DNA from: Clostridium sp. CAG:524
GTDB lineage: Bacteria > Bacillota_I > Bacilli_A > RF39 > UBA660
DNA: 64,000 bases
Reading direction: 5' to 3'
Assembly: GCA_000434555.1 (NCBI GenBank)
Contig: FR880110.1
Location: 95,284 to 159,283, forward strand
Part shown: one piece after another, positions 26,825 to 36,717 of the stretch
Layout: each line of letters starts with the position of its first letter
How positions within the stretch are numbered: position 1 is the first letter of the stretch
Translations under genes and position numbers: made by a program
The notes under the pieces: generated by a model
Seen by the model: only the letters and a program-made list of their open reading frames with translations
The model's database searches: none
What the model was told of the DNA's origin: nothing

Positions 26825-28588
26825 ATGTTAGGAAAGATACTTACAATTAACAAAAATAGTGCGATTGTAGCTATTAATAAAGCAAATGGTGCCCAAATAA
26901 CAGATTTAATAAATTTGCATGTAGTATTTGAAGATCAAAATAAAAAAATATTAGGTGAAATAGATTCAATTGAACAAGATACTATTAAAATAACTTTCTT
27001 AGGAGAATTAACTTCTAATGATTTTATTGGTGGCCTAATTAAAAAGCCCAGTTTAGATGCCAAAATAAGAATTATTAATCCAGAAGAATTAAAGATACTT
27101 ACTGGAGTTGAAAATAGAAGCATAAGACTTGGAGTATCTCCTCTTTATAATGACTTTCCATTAAATGTAAGTATAGATGAGTTATTTAGTAATCATACTG
27201 CTATATTTGGTAATACAGGTAGTGGTAAAACATATGGTATATGTAGAATCATTCAAAATATATTTCCTAAAGGTCAAATAATTCCTTACAAAGCAAATCT
27301 TTTTATATTTGATTCATATGGTGAATATATAAATGCTTTTTCAAGGTTACAAGAGAATAATCCATTTTATTCATTTAAAGTAATTACAACTAATTTAAAA
27401 AAGAATTATGAAAAATTGAATATTCCTGTATGCCTATTAGAACTTGAAGATGTATTGAATTTACTTGAAGCAACAAATTTTTCACAAATTGCTATGGTAG
27501 ATACTGCACTTACTTATGTAAAAATGTTTGCTAGAAATGATAAAGAAGCAATGGATTTCAAAAATCATATCTTGGCAAAAGCTATAACTTCAATAATGTA
27601 TACTAATCAAACATCTTCAAAGATAAGAGATCAAATTTTTGAAATATTAAGTGAAACTAATACAGCTGAACTTTCTCTTGAAACAGAAGTTCCAGGAATT
27701 GGATTTACAAGACAATTTAGAAATTGTTTCGATATAGATAGTGAAGGAAGATTTGCTGAAAGAAAAATAATTAGTGATTATATAAAAGGATTTATTGATG
27801 AAGATAGAAAATGGAATTATGATAGTACTGGAGTAAGCTATTCATTACATGATCTTGAAGTAGCATTAAACTTTACATTATACAGTGAAAGATATTTACT
27901 TAATGAAGCAATGTATGATTCGGCAATGAGTTTAAAGGTTAAATTACATGATTTAGCAACAAGAAGTAATAGTTCATTCTTTACTAATGAAGGATATATT
28001 ACATTAGATGAATATATAAAAAGAATTCAAATTAATGGAAATAAAAAGAGTCAAATCGTAAATTTTAATTTAGAAGATGTAGATGATAGATTTGCTCGTT
28101 CTATAGTTAAGATATTTGGAAGAATGTTTATGAAATATACAAAGGGACTTGCAGAAAGAGCATCTTTTCCAATACATATGATTTTAGAAGAAGCTCACCG
28201 TTATGTTTTAGAGGGTGATGATAAAAAATTATTTGGTTATAACATATTTGAAAGAATTGCTAAAGAAGGAAGAAAATATGGACTTTTACTTGATTTAATT
28301 ACTCAAAGGCCAACTGATTTAAATGAAAATGTAATAAGTCAGTGTGCTAACTTCTTAATATTTAAAATAAATCATCCAGCTGATCTTGAATATATAGCTA
28401 AAAGTGTACCTAATATGAGTGAAGATGTAGTAGAAAAGCAAAAGACACTTCAATCTGGTACTTGTGTAGCATTTGGTAGAATATTCAAAATACCAATGAT
28501 TGTGAAAATGGAAAAAGCAGACCCACCTCCAACTAGTGCTAACTGTGAGATATATAATAACTGGATGGTAAAATTAAAAGAACAATAG
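26825..28588 (+). CDS. HerA/DUF87-like P-loop ATPase (HAS-barrel N-terminus)
   Basis: Walker A FGNTGSGKTY and Walker B/DE HMILEEAHRY, then EGRKYGLLLDLITQRPTDL and CANFLIFKI. These are typical of HerA/FtsK-like DUF87 ATPases. Confidence 0.65.
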   Translation: MLGKILTINKNSAIVAINKANGAQITDLINLHVVFEDQNKKILGEIDSIEQDTIKITFLGELTSNDFIGGLIKKPSLDAKIRIINPEELKILTGVENRSIRLGVSPLYNDFPLNVSIDELFSNHTAIFGNTGSGKTYGICRIIQNIFPKGQIIPYKANLFIFDSYGEYINAFSRLQENNPFYSFKVITTNLKKNYEKLNIPVCLLELEDVLNLLEATNFSQIAMVDTALTYVKMFARNDKEAMDFKNHILAKAITSIMYTNQTSSKIRDQIFEILSETNTAELSLETEVPGIGFTRQFRNCFDIDSEGRFAERKIISDYIKGFIDEDRKWNYDSTGVSYSLHDLEVALNFTLYSERYLLNEAMYDSAMSLKVKLHDLATRSNSSFFTNEGYITLDEYIKRIQINGNKKSQIVNFNLEDVDDRFARSIVKIFGRMFMKYTKGLAERASFPIHMILEEAHRYVLEGDDKKLFGYNIFERIAKEGRKYGLLLDLITQRPTDLNENVISQCANFLIFKINHPADLEYIAKSVPNMSEDVVEKQKTLQSGTCVAFGRIFKIPMIVKMEKADPPPTSANCEIYNNWMVKLKEQ

Positions 28589-28620
28589 AATTATAAAATA
28601 TATAGAAAGGAAGGATAATT

Positions 28621-31026
28621 ATGTATGATTTTGGTACTCACTTTGAAGTTGATTTAACTAAAAGCAAAACACCATCATCAAATGTATTTAGAGGTAAAAC
28701 ATATAGAATAAGTATATTATCTGATGTTTTAATAAGATTTGAATACAGTGAAACAGGATCATTTAATGATTATCCTACTTTTTTTGCTAGTAATAGATCT
28801 TTTGGTAAACCAAAGATAACAGTAGAAGAAGATAACAATGTATTAATAATCAAAAATGATATATTTATTTTAGAGTATAATAAAGAGAAACCATTTATAG
28901 GCAGTAAGTTAATGCCTGATCAAAATTTAAAAGTAACTATTGCTGGTACTGAAAAAATATGGTATTTTAATCATCCAGAAGTTAAAAACTTTAAAGGAAC
29001 AGCTTATAGTCTTGATGATACTAAAGGTAATATAGATTTTGAAAAAGGATTATTTAGTTTAGATGGATTTACAACATTTGATGACTCTAGAACTCCAATA
29101 CTTGATGCTCATGGAAATGTTTTATCTCCAAACTATAAAAATATAGATACATATTTATTTATATATAATAATGATTTTGGTATAGGACTTCGTGATTATT
29201 TTAATCTTACGTCTTTACCACCATTAATACCAAGATATGCTTTAGGAGTATGGTGGAATAAAAATGAAGCATATGGTGAAAAAGATATACAAAATTTAGT
29301 TTATAATTTTAAGAAATATGATTTACCAATGTCAGTTCTTTTATTAAATGAATGCAATAGAACTAAAAATAATTATTCACCAATAAGTTTTTCTTTTGAT
29401 AAAACTAAATTGCCAAATCCAAGAGGACTAAGTGAGTTCTTACATAAAAATAAAATATATCTAGGAAGCAATATTAAAACAGAAGGATTAATAAGTGTAG
29501 AAGAGGAAAGTTACTTAGAATTTCAAAAATATTACAATAAAGATTTAAATAAAAACATTCCACTTAATGTATATGATCCTAAATTAGTTGATTCATATTT
29601 AAAAGGAATAATTAATCCATTCTTAGATAAAGGTGTAGATTTCTTATGGATAGATGATAATAATAAAGAAAATACTCTTCGTAGTTTTACAATGAATTAT
29701 TTTCTATATAAGAACTTTAATCTAAATAAAGCAAAAAGAAATTTTATAATATCAAGAAATTTTGGAATATGCCCTCATAAATATTCTGCTCTTTATTCAG
29801 GCGAAACTTTAATTAGTTGGAAAACATTAAAACTTCTTCCATTCTTTAATTCAACAGCCGCTAATATAGGTGTTTCTTGGTGGAGTCATGATATTGGTGG
29901 ATACAAGGGTGGAACTGAAGATGCTGAATTATTCATGAGATATGTTCAACTTGGAGTATATAGTCCAATATTAAGACTTTCAAGTGATACAGGTAAATAC
30001 TATAAAAGAGAGCCATGGAAATGGGATGCTAAAACCTATAAAATTGTTCATGATTATTTAAAAATAAGACATAGACTTATACCATATATATATAGTGAAG
30101 CTAAAAAGTATTCATCATTTGGTTCACCATTGATACAACCACTTTACTACAAATATCCAGAAACATATGATGAACCACTTTATAAAAATGAATTCTATTA
30201 TGGTAGTGAATTATTCGTGTGTCCAATTACAACACCTAAAGATGAAATAATGAATAGAGTTGTACATAGAATATTCTTACCTAATGGAGTATGGTATGAC
30301 TTTAAAACTGGTAAGAAATTTACTGGTGGTAATAGATATGTGACATTCTATAAAGATGAAGATTATCCAGTTTATGCTAAAACAGGAGCAATAATTCCAC
30401 TTGCCAAATTAGATCCACAAAATATAAATGATACAAGTGCTCCTAAAACACTTGAAATACAAATATTTCCAGGAAGAAGTAACACATATAAAATGTATGA
30501 AGACGATGGAACTTCTTCAATGTATAAAGAAGGATATAGCTTTACAACTGAAATAAATTATTACTATAAAGAAGATGATTTTTCAGTATCAATTGAACCA
30601 ATTGAAGGAAAACTTGGTATCATCCCTGAAAAACGAAACTACATTATAAGATTTAGAAATACAAAATTTACTGATGGAGTACAAGTGTTCCAAGATGAAG
30701 TAAATGTTAAATGTAAAAGATATACAGATGAAAATGACTTTGTTATTGAATTTAATGATATAAGCACTACAAGTAAAGTATTCGTATATTGTAAGGGTAA
30801 AGATATAGAAATTGACGCGAATAGAGTTATTAATGAAGACTTAGAAGGTATCATAACAGATTTAAAAATAAAAACATCACTAAAAGAAGAAATAGATAAA
30901 ATAATATTTAGTGATTCAAATATCAAAGCAAAAAGAATTGCTATTAGGAAGTTAAGAAGAAAAGGATTACCATCAATTTTCATAAGAATGTTTATGAAGT
31001 TACTTGAATATATTGAAGAAGTATAG
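28621..31026 (+). CDS. Glycoside hydrolase family 31 (alpha-glucosidase/xylosidase-like)
   Basis: PRYALGVWW, FLWIDDNN (nucleophile region), WWSHDIGGY (acid/base region), LRLSS...REPW. The 801-aa length is typical of GH31. Confidence 0.75.
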   Translation: MYDFGTHFEVDLTKSKTPSSNVFRGKTYRISILSDVLIRFEYSETGSFNDYPTFFASNRSFGKPKITVEEDNNVLIIKNDIFILEYNKEKPFIGSKLMPDQNLKVTIAGTEKIWYFNHPEVKNFKGTAYSLDDTKGNIDFEKGLFSLDGFTTFDDSRTPILDAHGNVLSPNYKNIDTYLFIYNNDFGIGLRDYFNLTSLPPLIPRYALGVWWNKNEAYGEKDIQNLVYNFKKYDLPMSVLLLNECNRTKNNYSPISFSFDKTKLPNPRGLSEFLHKNKIYLGSNIKTEGLISVEEESYLEFQKYYNKDLNKNIPLNVYDPKLVDSYLKGIINPFLDKGVDFLWIDDNNKENTLRSFTMNYFLYKNFNLNKAKRNFIISRNFGICPHKYSALYSGETLISWKTLKLLPFFNSTAANIGVSWWSHDIGGYKGGTEDAELFMRYVQLGVYSPILRLSSDTGKYYKREPWKWDAKTYKIVHDYLKIRHRLIPYIYSEAKKYSSFGSPLIQPLYYKYPETYDEPLYKNEFYYGSELFVCPITTPKDEIMNRVVHRIFLPNGVWYDFKTGKKFTGGNRYVTFYKDEDYPVYAKTGAIIPLAKLDPQNINDTSAPKTLEIQIFPGRSNTYKMYEDDGTSSMYKEGYSFTTEINYYYKEDDFSVSIEPIEGKLGIIPEKRNYIIRFRNTKFTDGVQVFQDEVNVKCKRYTDENDFVIEFNDISTTSKVFVYCKGKDIEIDANRVINEDLEGIITDLKIKTSLKEEIDKIIFSDSNIKAKRIAIRKLRRKGLPSIFIRMFMKLLEYIEEV

Positions 31027-31032
31027 TATAAT
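31004..31032 (+). promoter_or_regulatory. Sigma-A promoter of the leuS leader
   Basis: TTGAAT (31004-31009), 17-nt spacer, TATAAT (31027-31032). Confidence 0.6.
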
Positions 31033-31038
31033 GAACCT

Positions 31039-31236
31039 ATATTTCAGTGATGAAAAGAGTAGTAAATATATATTTATTTATAGAAAGTTAGTGGTTGATG
31101 TAAACTAATAATAAAATATATTGAACTTGCTTTTTTAGAAATAACGTTTATGCGCGTTAAGCAAATGAGAAATAGTTTAACTATAAAATAAGGTGGTACC
31201 ACGGCAATAGTCGTCCTTTGATACCATCTTTTTTGT
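31039..31236 (+). promoter_or_regulatory. T-box riboswitch leader, Leu (CUU) specifier
   Basis: AGAAAG bulge motif and a GAUGUAA distal loop. GAA-CUU-G specifier context with CTT at 31126-31128. T-box core AAGGTGGTACCACGG (31190-31204). Terminator AAGGUGGUA / UACCAUCUU (31222-31230) plus a U-run. Confidence 0.8.
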
Positions 31237-31267
31237 TTAGAAAATTATAGATATAAGGAGGAAAAAA

Positions 31268-31630
31268 ATGGAAATATTAAAATTTATTGGTGATTTCTTG
31301 CTGATTTTTGCATTAGTATATATTGTATATAGTGTGTTTTTCAATAAGAAAAGAAAAGATTATAAAGATTTAAAAAAGAATGATGAAATAAAATTCTTCA
31401 TAAGAAAATATGATTTAGATATGAGAAAGACTAAATATAAAAGTTTACTTAGAACACTTACATTTATTAATTCTTTCATTATATCATTAGAAACTACAAT
31501 TGTACTTTATATTGAAAATTATATTGTGAAGATAATAGTGTGTTTTATATCATCAATAATTTTACTATATGTTTTATATACAATAACAGGTAATTATTAT
31601 AAGAAGAAGGAGAATGAAGAAGATGTATGA
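31268..31630 (+). CDS. Small membrane protein (120 aa, ~3 TM) located between the T-box and leuS
   Basis: AAGGAGG RBS. Hydrophobic segments [34 protein letters not shown] and [16 protein letters not shown]. Its 3' end overlaps the leuS start. Confidence 0.6.
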   Translation: MEILKFIGDFLLIFALVYIVYSVFFNKKRKDYKDLKKNDEIKFFIRKYDLDMRKTKYKSLLRTLTFINSFIISLETTIVLYIENYIVKIIVCFISSIILLYVLYTITGNYYKKKENEEDV

Positions 31631-34445
31631 TTTTAAGAAAATAGAAGATAAATGGAAAAAATATTGGGAAAGTCATGATTGTTTTAAAACTGATACTAGT
31701 GATTTTAGTAAACCAAAGTATTATGCTTTAGATATGTTTCCTTATCCTAGTGGAGTAGGACTTCATGCAGGACATCCTGAAGGGTATACTGCTACTGACA
31801 TTATTTCAAGAATGAAAAGAATGCAAGGATATAATGTACTTCATCCAATGGGATGGGATGCTTTTGGGCTACCAGCAGAACAATATGCTATACAAACAGG
31901 AAATCATCCGGGAAATTTTACTGAAAAGAATATTGAAACATTTAAAGGTCAACTTAAAAATATAGGTCTTTCATATGATTGGTCTAAAGAAATATCTACA
32001 TGTGATCCTAAATTCTATAAATGGACACAATGGATATTTAAAAGATTATTTGAAGATGGACTTGCTAAAAAAGTTGATATGCCAGTAAATTGGTGTGAAG
32101 AACTTGGTACTGTTCTTGCTAATGATGAGGTAATTGATGGTAAAAGTGAAAGAGGTGGATATCCTGTTGTTCGTAAAAATATGAGTCAATGGGTTATTAA
32201 TATTACAAAATATGCTGATAGATTACTAGAAGGACTTGATGAAATAGATTGGCCAGAGGGTACAAAAGAAATACAAAGATATTGGATAGGTAAAAGTATT
32301 GGTGCTGAAGTTAATTTCAAAGTAAAAAATACTGATTATGATTTTACTGTATTTACTACAAGATGTGATACATTATTTGGTGCAACATATACAGTATTAT
32401 CACCAGAACATCCACTTGTTAAAGAAATAACAACAGAGTCACAAAAGGAAGAAGTAGAAAAATATATAAATGAATGTAAAAGTAAAAGTGAACTTGAAAG
32501 AACAGGTTCTAATGCTGGAAAAACAGGTGTATTCACAGGTGCTTATGCTATAAATCCAGTTAATAATAAAGAAATACCAATATGGATAAGTGATTATGTG
32601 TTAATGTCTTATGGAACTGGTGCTATTATGGCTGTACCTGCTCATGATACAAGAGATTTTGAGTTTGCTACTAAGTTTAATATTCCAATAATACAAGTAT
32701 TAGAAGAAGTAACAGGTAAAGAACAAGAAAATGAAAAACAAAAGAAATCAATAGTTGCAATACTTTATGATAAGATTGAAGACAAATATTTAACTATTAA
32801 CTGGCATTCAAAAGGTGGAAGATTATTTGTAGGTGGAACTATAAAAAATAATGAAACAGATGTTGAATGTGCGATAAGAGAAATAAAAGAAGAAACTGGT
32901 TATACTGATTTTACTCTTAAAGAGGTTGGATTTAAAATAAACCATCATTATTATGCTTACAACAAAGATACTTACTTTGAGATAGAAGCAACACCATTAT
33001 TATTTGAATTAAATTCAAGTAAGCAAGATAAACAAAATTTGGATGAAGATGAAGTTTTTGATATAGAGTGGGTAACTAAAGATATTATAGAAAAAGAGAT
33101 AAAAGATGAATTACATAAAAAAACGTATGAATATGTAACTTGTCCTGATGCTATGACTAATGATGGAATCCATATTAATTCAGGATTTTTAGATGGCCTT
33201 AATAAAGAAGATGCAATTAATACAATGATTAATTGGCTTCATGAACATAATTGTGGTAAAAAGAAAGTTAATTATAGATTAAGAGATTGGATATTCGCAA
33301 GACAAAGATATTGGGGAGAACCTATACCTGTTGTTGAACTAGAAGATGGAGAATACATTGCTCTTAAGGATAGCGAGCTTCCACTTATACTACCTGAACT
33401 TGAAGATTATGCTCCAGGTAAAGATGGAACAGCTCCACTTAATAAAAAAACTGATTGGGTAAACATAGAAATAGATGGTAAAAAAGGTAAAAGAGAAACA
33501 TCAACTATGCCAGGAAGTGCTGGATCTAGTTGGTACTTCTTAAGATATATTGATCCAAATAATGATGAATGTTTAGCAGATTATAAATTATTAGAGCATT
33601 GGATGCCAGTAGATCTATATATTGGTGGTCCAGAACACGCCACAGGACACTTATTATATTCAAGAATGTGGAATAATTATTTATATGATAAAAAAGTAGT
33701 ACCAGTAAAAGAACCATTCAAAAAACTTGTTCATCAGGGAATGATACTTGGTGCTAATGGAATAAAGATGGGTAAAAGGTATCCAGAGTTTGTAGTAAAT
33801 CCTAATGATGTGGTAAATGAATATGGTGCAGATACTTTAAGATTATACGAAATGTTCATGGGACCACTTGAAGCAGATAAGCCATGGAATAATGAAGGTG
33901 TAGTTGGAAGCAAAAGATTTTTAGAAAGAGTTTATAGACAACTTATTGAAAGTGATAAAGTAAAAGATAAAGAAAATAAAAATTTAGAACAACTATATCA
34001 CATCACAGTTAAAAAAGTAACAGAGGACTATGAAAATTTAAAATTCAATACAGCAATAAGTAGTCTTATGATATTTATGAATGCAGTAAGTAAAGAAGAA
34101 TACATAAGTAAAGAATATGCAGTTGGATTTATAAAACTTCTTTATCCAATCGCGCCATTTATATGCGAAGAAATGTATTTAATAATAGATGGCTCACTTG
34201 ATACATTAACATATGCACCATGGCCAACATATAATGAAGAATTAACTAAGTTAGATACAGTTACTATTGCGGTAAGTGTTAATGGTAAATTAAGAGCGAC
34301 ATTTGAAGCTGAAAAAGATTTAGAAAAGGATGAAATACTAAAACTTGCTCATCAAGAAGAAAATGTCATTAGACATTTAGAAGGACACGAAATCATAAAA
34401 GAAATTGTTGTTCCAAATAAAATAGTTAACATAGTTATAAAATAA
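31623..34445 (+). CDS. leuS: Leucine--tRNA ligase carrying an inserted Nudix-hydrolase-like module
   Basis: Start chosen at ATG 31623, 10 nt after AAGGAG (31607-31612); ATG 31614 is only 1 nt from the RBS. Motifs [16 protein letters not shown] (HIGH), CP1 [31 protein letters not shown], and a degenerate KMSKS (GIKMGKRY). A Nudix box is encoded at 32835-32903. Confidence 0.9.
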   Translation: MYDFKKIEDKWKKYWESHDCFKTDTSDFSKPKYYALDMFPYPSGVGLHAGHPEGYTATDIISRMKRMQGYNVLHPMGWDAFGLPAEQYAIQTGNHPGNFTEKNIETFKGQLKNIGLSYDWSKEISTCDPKFYKWTQWIFKRLFEDGLAKKVDMPVNWCEELGTVLANDEVIDGKSERGGYPVVRKNMSQWVINITKYADRLLEGLDEIDWPEGTKEIQRYWIGKSIGAEVNFKVKNTDYDFTVFTTRCDTLFGATYTVLSPEHPLVKEITTESQKEEVEKYINECKSKSELERTGSNAGKTGVFTGAYAINPVNNKEIPIWISDYVLMSYGTGAIMAVPAHDTRDFEFATKFNIPIIQVLEEVTGKEQENEKQKKSIVAILYDKIEDKYLTINWHSKGGRLFVGGTIKNNETDVECAIREIKEETGYTDFTLKEVGFKINHHYYAYNKDTYFEIEATPLLFELNSSKQDKQNLDEDEVFDIEWVTKDIIEKEIKDELHKKTYEYVTCPDAMTNDGIHINSGFLDGLNKEDAINTMINWLHEHNCGKKKVNYRLRDWIFARQRYWGEPIPVVELEDGEYIALKDSELPLILPELEDYAPGKDGTAPLNKKTDWVNIEIDGKKGKRETSTMPGSAGSSWYFLRYIDPNNDECLADYKLLEHWMPVDLYIGGPEHATGHLLYSRMWNNYLYDKKVVPVKEPFKKLVHQGMILGANGIKMGKRYPEFVVNPNDVVNEYGADTLRLYEMFMGPLEADKPWNNEGVVGSKRFLERVYRQLIESDKVKDKENKNLEQLYHITVKKVTEDYENLKFNTAISSLMIFMNAVSKEEYISKEYAVGFIKLLYPIAPFICEEMYLIIDGSLDTLTYAPWPTYNEELTKLDTVTIAVSVNGKLRATFEAEKDLEKDEILKLAHQEENVIRHLEGHEIIKEIVVPNKIVNIVIK

Positions 34446-34469
34446 GCAGCATAAAAAGTGCTGCTTTTA
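34444..34469 (+). terminator. Rho-independent terminator after leuS
   Basis: AAGCAGCA (34444-34451) pairs with TGCTGCTT (34459-34466), followed by TT. Confidence 0.7.
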
Positions 34470-34526
34470 TCATTTGAAAACATATTTAATATATGTTATC
34501 ATAAGTAATGAAATAGTGGTGAAAAT

Positions 34527-35144
34527 ATGAATGATAGTTTAGATAAATATTGGGATAATATTCATAAAGAATACATTTCTACTTATGATGGATGGTTCAA
34601 TAAATATATAAATTTATTACATAAAGATGATAATATTGTTGAACTTGGTTGTGGAAGGGCATATACAAGTAAATACCTAATTGATAATGGATTTAAAAAT
34701 ATAATTGCTTGTGATTTTTCAAAAGAAGTATTGAATATTGTGAACAATGAAAATCCAAATATAAAAACAATGCTTTTTGATATGAGTGATGGACTACCTT
34801 TTAATGATAATTCAAAAAATATAATAGTTGCTGATCTTTGTTTACATTACTTTGATTTATCAAAAACAAAATATATTTTTAGTGAAATATATAGAGTATT
34901 AAAAGAAAACGGATATTTAATCGCAAGAGTTAATTCATTTAATGATATACAAATACCACTTAAATCAAAAAAAATAGAAAAGCATTATTATTATGATGGT
35001 AAATTTTATAAGAGATTCTTCGATAAAAATGATTTAGAAGAACTATTTAAAGATTTTAAAATATACAATTTAGAAGAAAAGAAAATGGATAGATATGAAC
35101 ATCCTAAAATATTATGGGAATTTTGTGTAGAAAAAAAGAAATAA
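34527..35144 (+). CDS. Class I SAM-dependent methyltransferase
   Basis: Motif I VELGCGRAY and post-I/II elements IIACDFS, IIVADLCLHY, LKENGYL. Confidence 0.75.
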   Translation: MNDSLDKYWDNIHKEYISTYDGWFNKYINLLHKDDNIVELGCGRAYTSKYLIDNGFKNIIACDFSKEVLNIVNNENPNIKTMLFDMSDGLPFNDNSKNIIVADLCLHYFDLSKTKYIFSEIYRVLKENGYLIARVNSFNDIQIPLKSKKIEKHYYYDGKFYKRFFDKNDLEELFKDFKIYNLEEKKMDRYEHPKILWEFCVEKKK

Positions 35145-35168
35145 TGGTGTTAAGAAAAGATAGATTGT

Positions 35169-35197
35169 TTGCATTTTATGTAAAAAATATGTATAAT
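35169..35197 (+). promoter_or_regulatory. Sigma-A promoter of pssA-psd
   Basis: TTGCAT (35169-35174), 17-nt spacer, TATAAT (35192-35197). Confidence 0.6.
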
Positions 35198-35215
35198 TAA
35201 ATAGAGGTGTATAAT

Positions 35216-35854
35216 ATGATAGGATTTTATGATTATACAGTATTACTAACGTATATGGGATTTATATTTGGTATGTCTGGTATAATTTTAGCAATAAATG
35301 GACAAATATTTCCAGCAATAATATGTTTAATGTTTAGTGGACTTTGTGATATGTTTGATGGAAGAGTAGCAAGAACTAAAAAGAAAAGAACAACTGAAGA
35401 AAGACAATTTGGAATACAACTTGATAGTTTATCTGATTTAGTTTGTTTTGGTGTATTACCTTCAATAATTGGATATAATTTAGCATTAAATGATGCTTGG
35501 TTAACTTTTGACTATAAGTATTTACTTCCAATAATGATATTATTTCCACTTGCAGCACTTATAAGACTTGCTTATTTTAATGTACTTGAAATAACAAGAA
35601 ATAGTAGTAAACCAGTAAAAGAATATACAGGCTTACCAGTAACGTCATCAGCATTAATATTTCCATTTTTATATATATTTAGAAAAATGATAGGCAAATA
35701 TTTTCCACTTGCATATGCTGGGGTAATGTTACTAGTTGGTATACTTTTTATATCAAAGATTAAAATTAAAAAACCAAGTCTAAAAGTTATGATATTATTT
35801 ATATTAATAGGGGTAATTGAGATATTATTTATTATCGCGACTAGGTTATTATGA
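35216..35854 (+). CDS. pssA: CDP-diacylglycerol--serine O-phosphatidyltransferase
   Basis: CDP-alcohol phosphatidyltransferase motif DMFDGRVAR-x8-...GIQLDSLSDLV in a multi-TM protein, coupled to psd. ATG 35216 behind GAGGTG is preferred over GTG 35207. Confidence 0.8.
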   Translation: MIGFYDYTVLLTYMGFIFGMSGIILAINGQIFPAIICLMFSGLCDMFDGRVARTKKKRTTEERQFGIQLDSLSDLVCFGVLPSIIGYNLALNDAWLTFDYKYLLPIMILFPLAALIRLAYFNVLEITRNSSKPVKEYTGLPVTSSALIFPFLYIFRKMIGKYFPLAYAGVMLLVGILFISKIKIKKPSLKVMILFILIGVIEILFIIATRLL

Positions 35855-36717
35855 TATACAAAGTAAAATCAAGAGAAACGAATAAAATAGATGAACTTAG
35901 TTCAGGTATAGCATTATCATTTTTATATAATACCTTACTTGGAAGATTAATTCTAAAAATACTTACTATGAAATTTATTACTGATTTAGGTGGACTTTAT
36001 ATGAATAGTAAGCTATCTAAGCATAAAATAAAAAGATTTATAAAAAAAAATAATATCAAAATAACTGACTATGAAAAAACAAATTATAATTCATTTAATG
36101 ATTTCTTTAAAAGAAAAATTATATCAGTAAAAAGACCAATAGATATGAATAAAGATGTATTTATTTCACCATGTGATAGTAAATTATCAGTATATAAAAT
36201 TATTAATGATTTAACACTTAATATAAAAGATTCATACTATACAATTAACACATTAGTTGATAAAAATATAATGAAACAATATAAAAATGGATATGCTTTA
36301 GTATTTAGATTATCACCAAATGATTACCATAGATATTGTTATATAGATTCTGGATATCAAGAAACTAATACTAAAATAAAGGGTATATTTCATACAGTAC
36401 AACCAATATCATTAAAGCATTACAATTTCTTTAAAACTAATAGTAGGGAGTGGACTATATTACATACTAAAAACTTTGGTGATGTAATACAAGTTGAAGT
36501 AGGAGCTTTAATGATAGGAAAAATAACTAATGAACATGAGAATAATAATTTCAAGAAAGGGGAAGAAAAGGGTTATTTTGAATTTGGTGGTTCAACAATA
36601 GTATTACTTGTTAAAGAAAATGTAGTAAATATTGATAAAGATATATTAGATAATACAAGTAATAATATTGAAACATATGTTAAATATGGAGAAAAAATAG
36701 GTAAAAAAAATACTTAG
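35851..36717 (+). CDS. psd: Phosphatidylserine decarboxylase proenzyme
   Basis: Overlaps the pssA stop. YHRYCYIDSG and the self-cleavage motif FEFGGSTIV (G-S) are present. Confidence 0.8.
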   Translation: MIYKVKSRETNKIDELSSGIALSFLYNTLLGRLILKILTMKFITDLGGLYMNSKLSKHKIKRFIKKNNIKITDYEKTNYNSFNDFFKRKIISVKRPIDMNKDVFISPCDSKLSVYKIINDLTLNIKDSYYTINTLVDKNIMKQYKNGYALVFRLSPNDYHRYCYIDSGYQETNTKIKGIFHTVQPISLKHYNFFKTNSREWTILHTKNFGDVIQVEVGALMIGKITNEHENNNFKKGEEKGYFEFGGSTIVLLVKENVVNIDKDILDNTSNNIETYVKYGEKIGKKNT

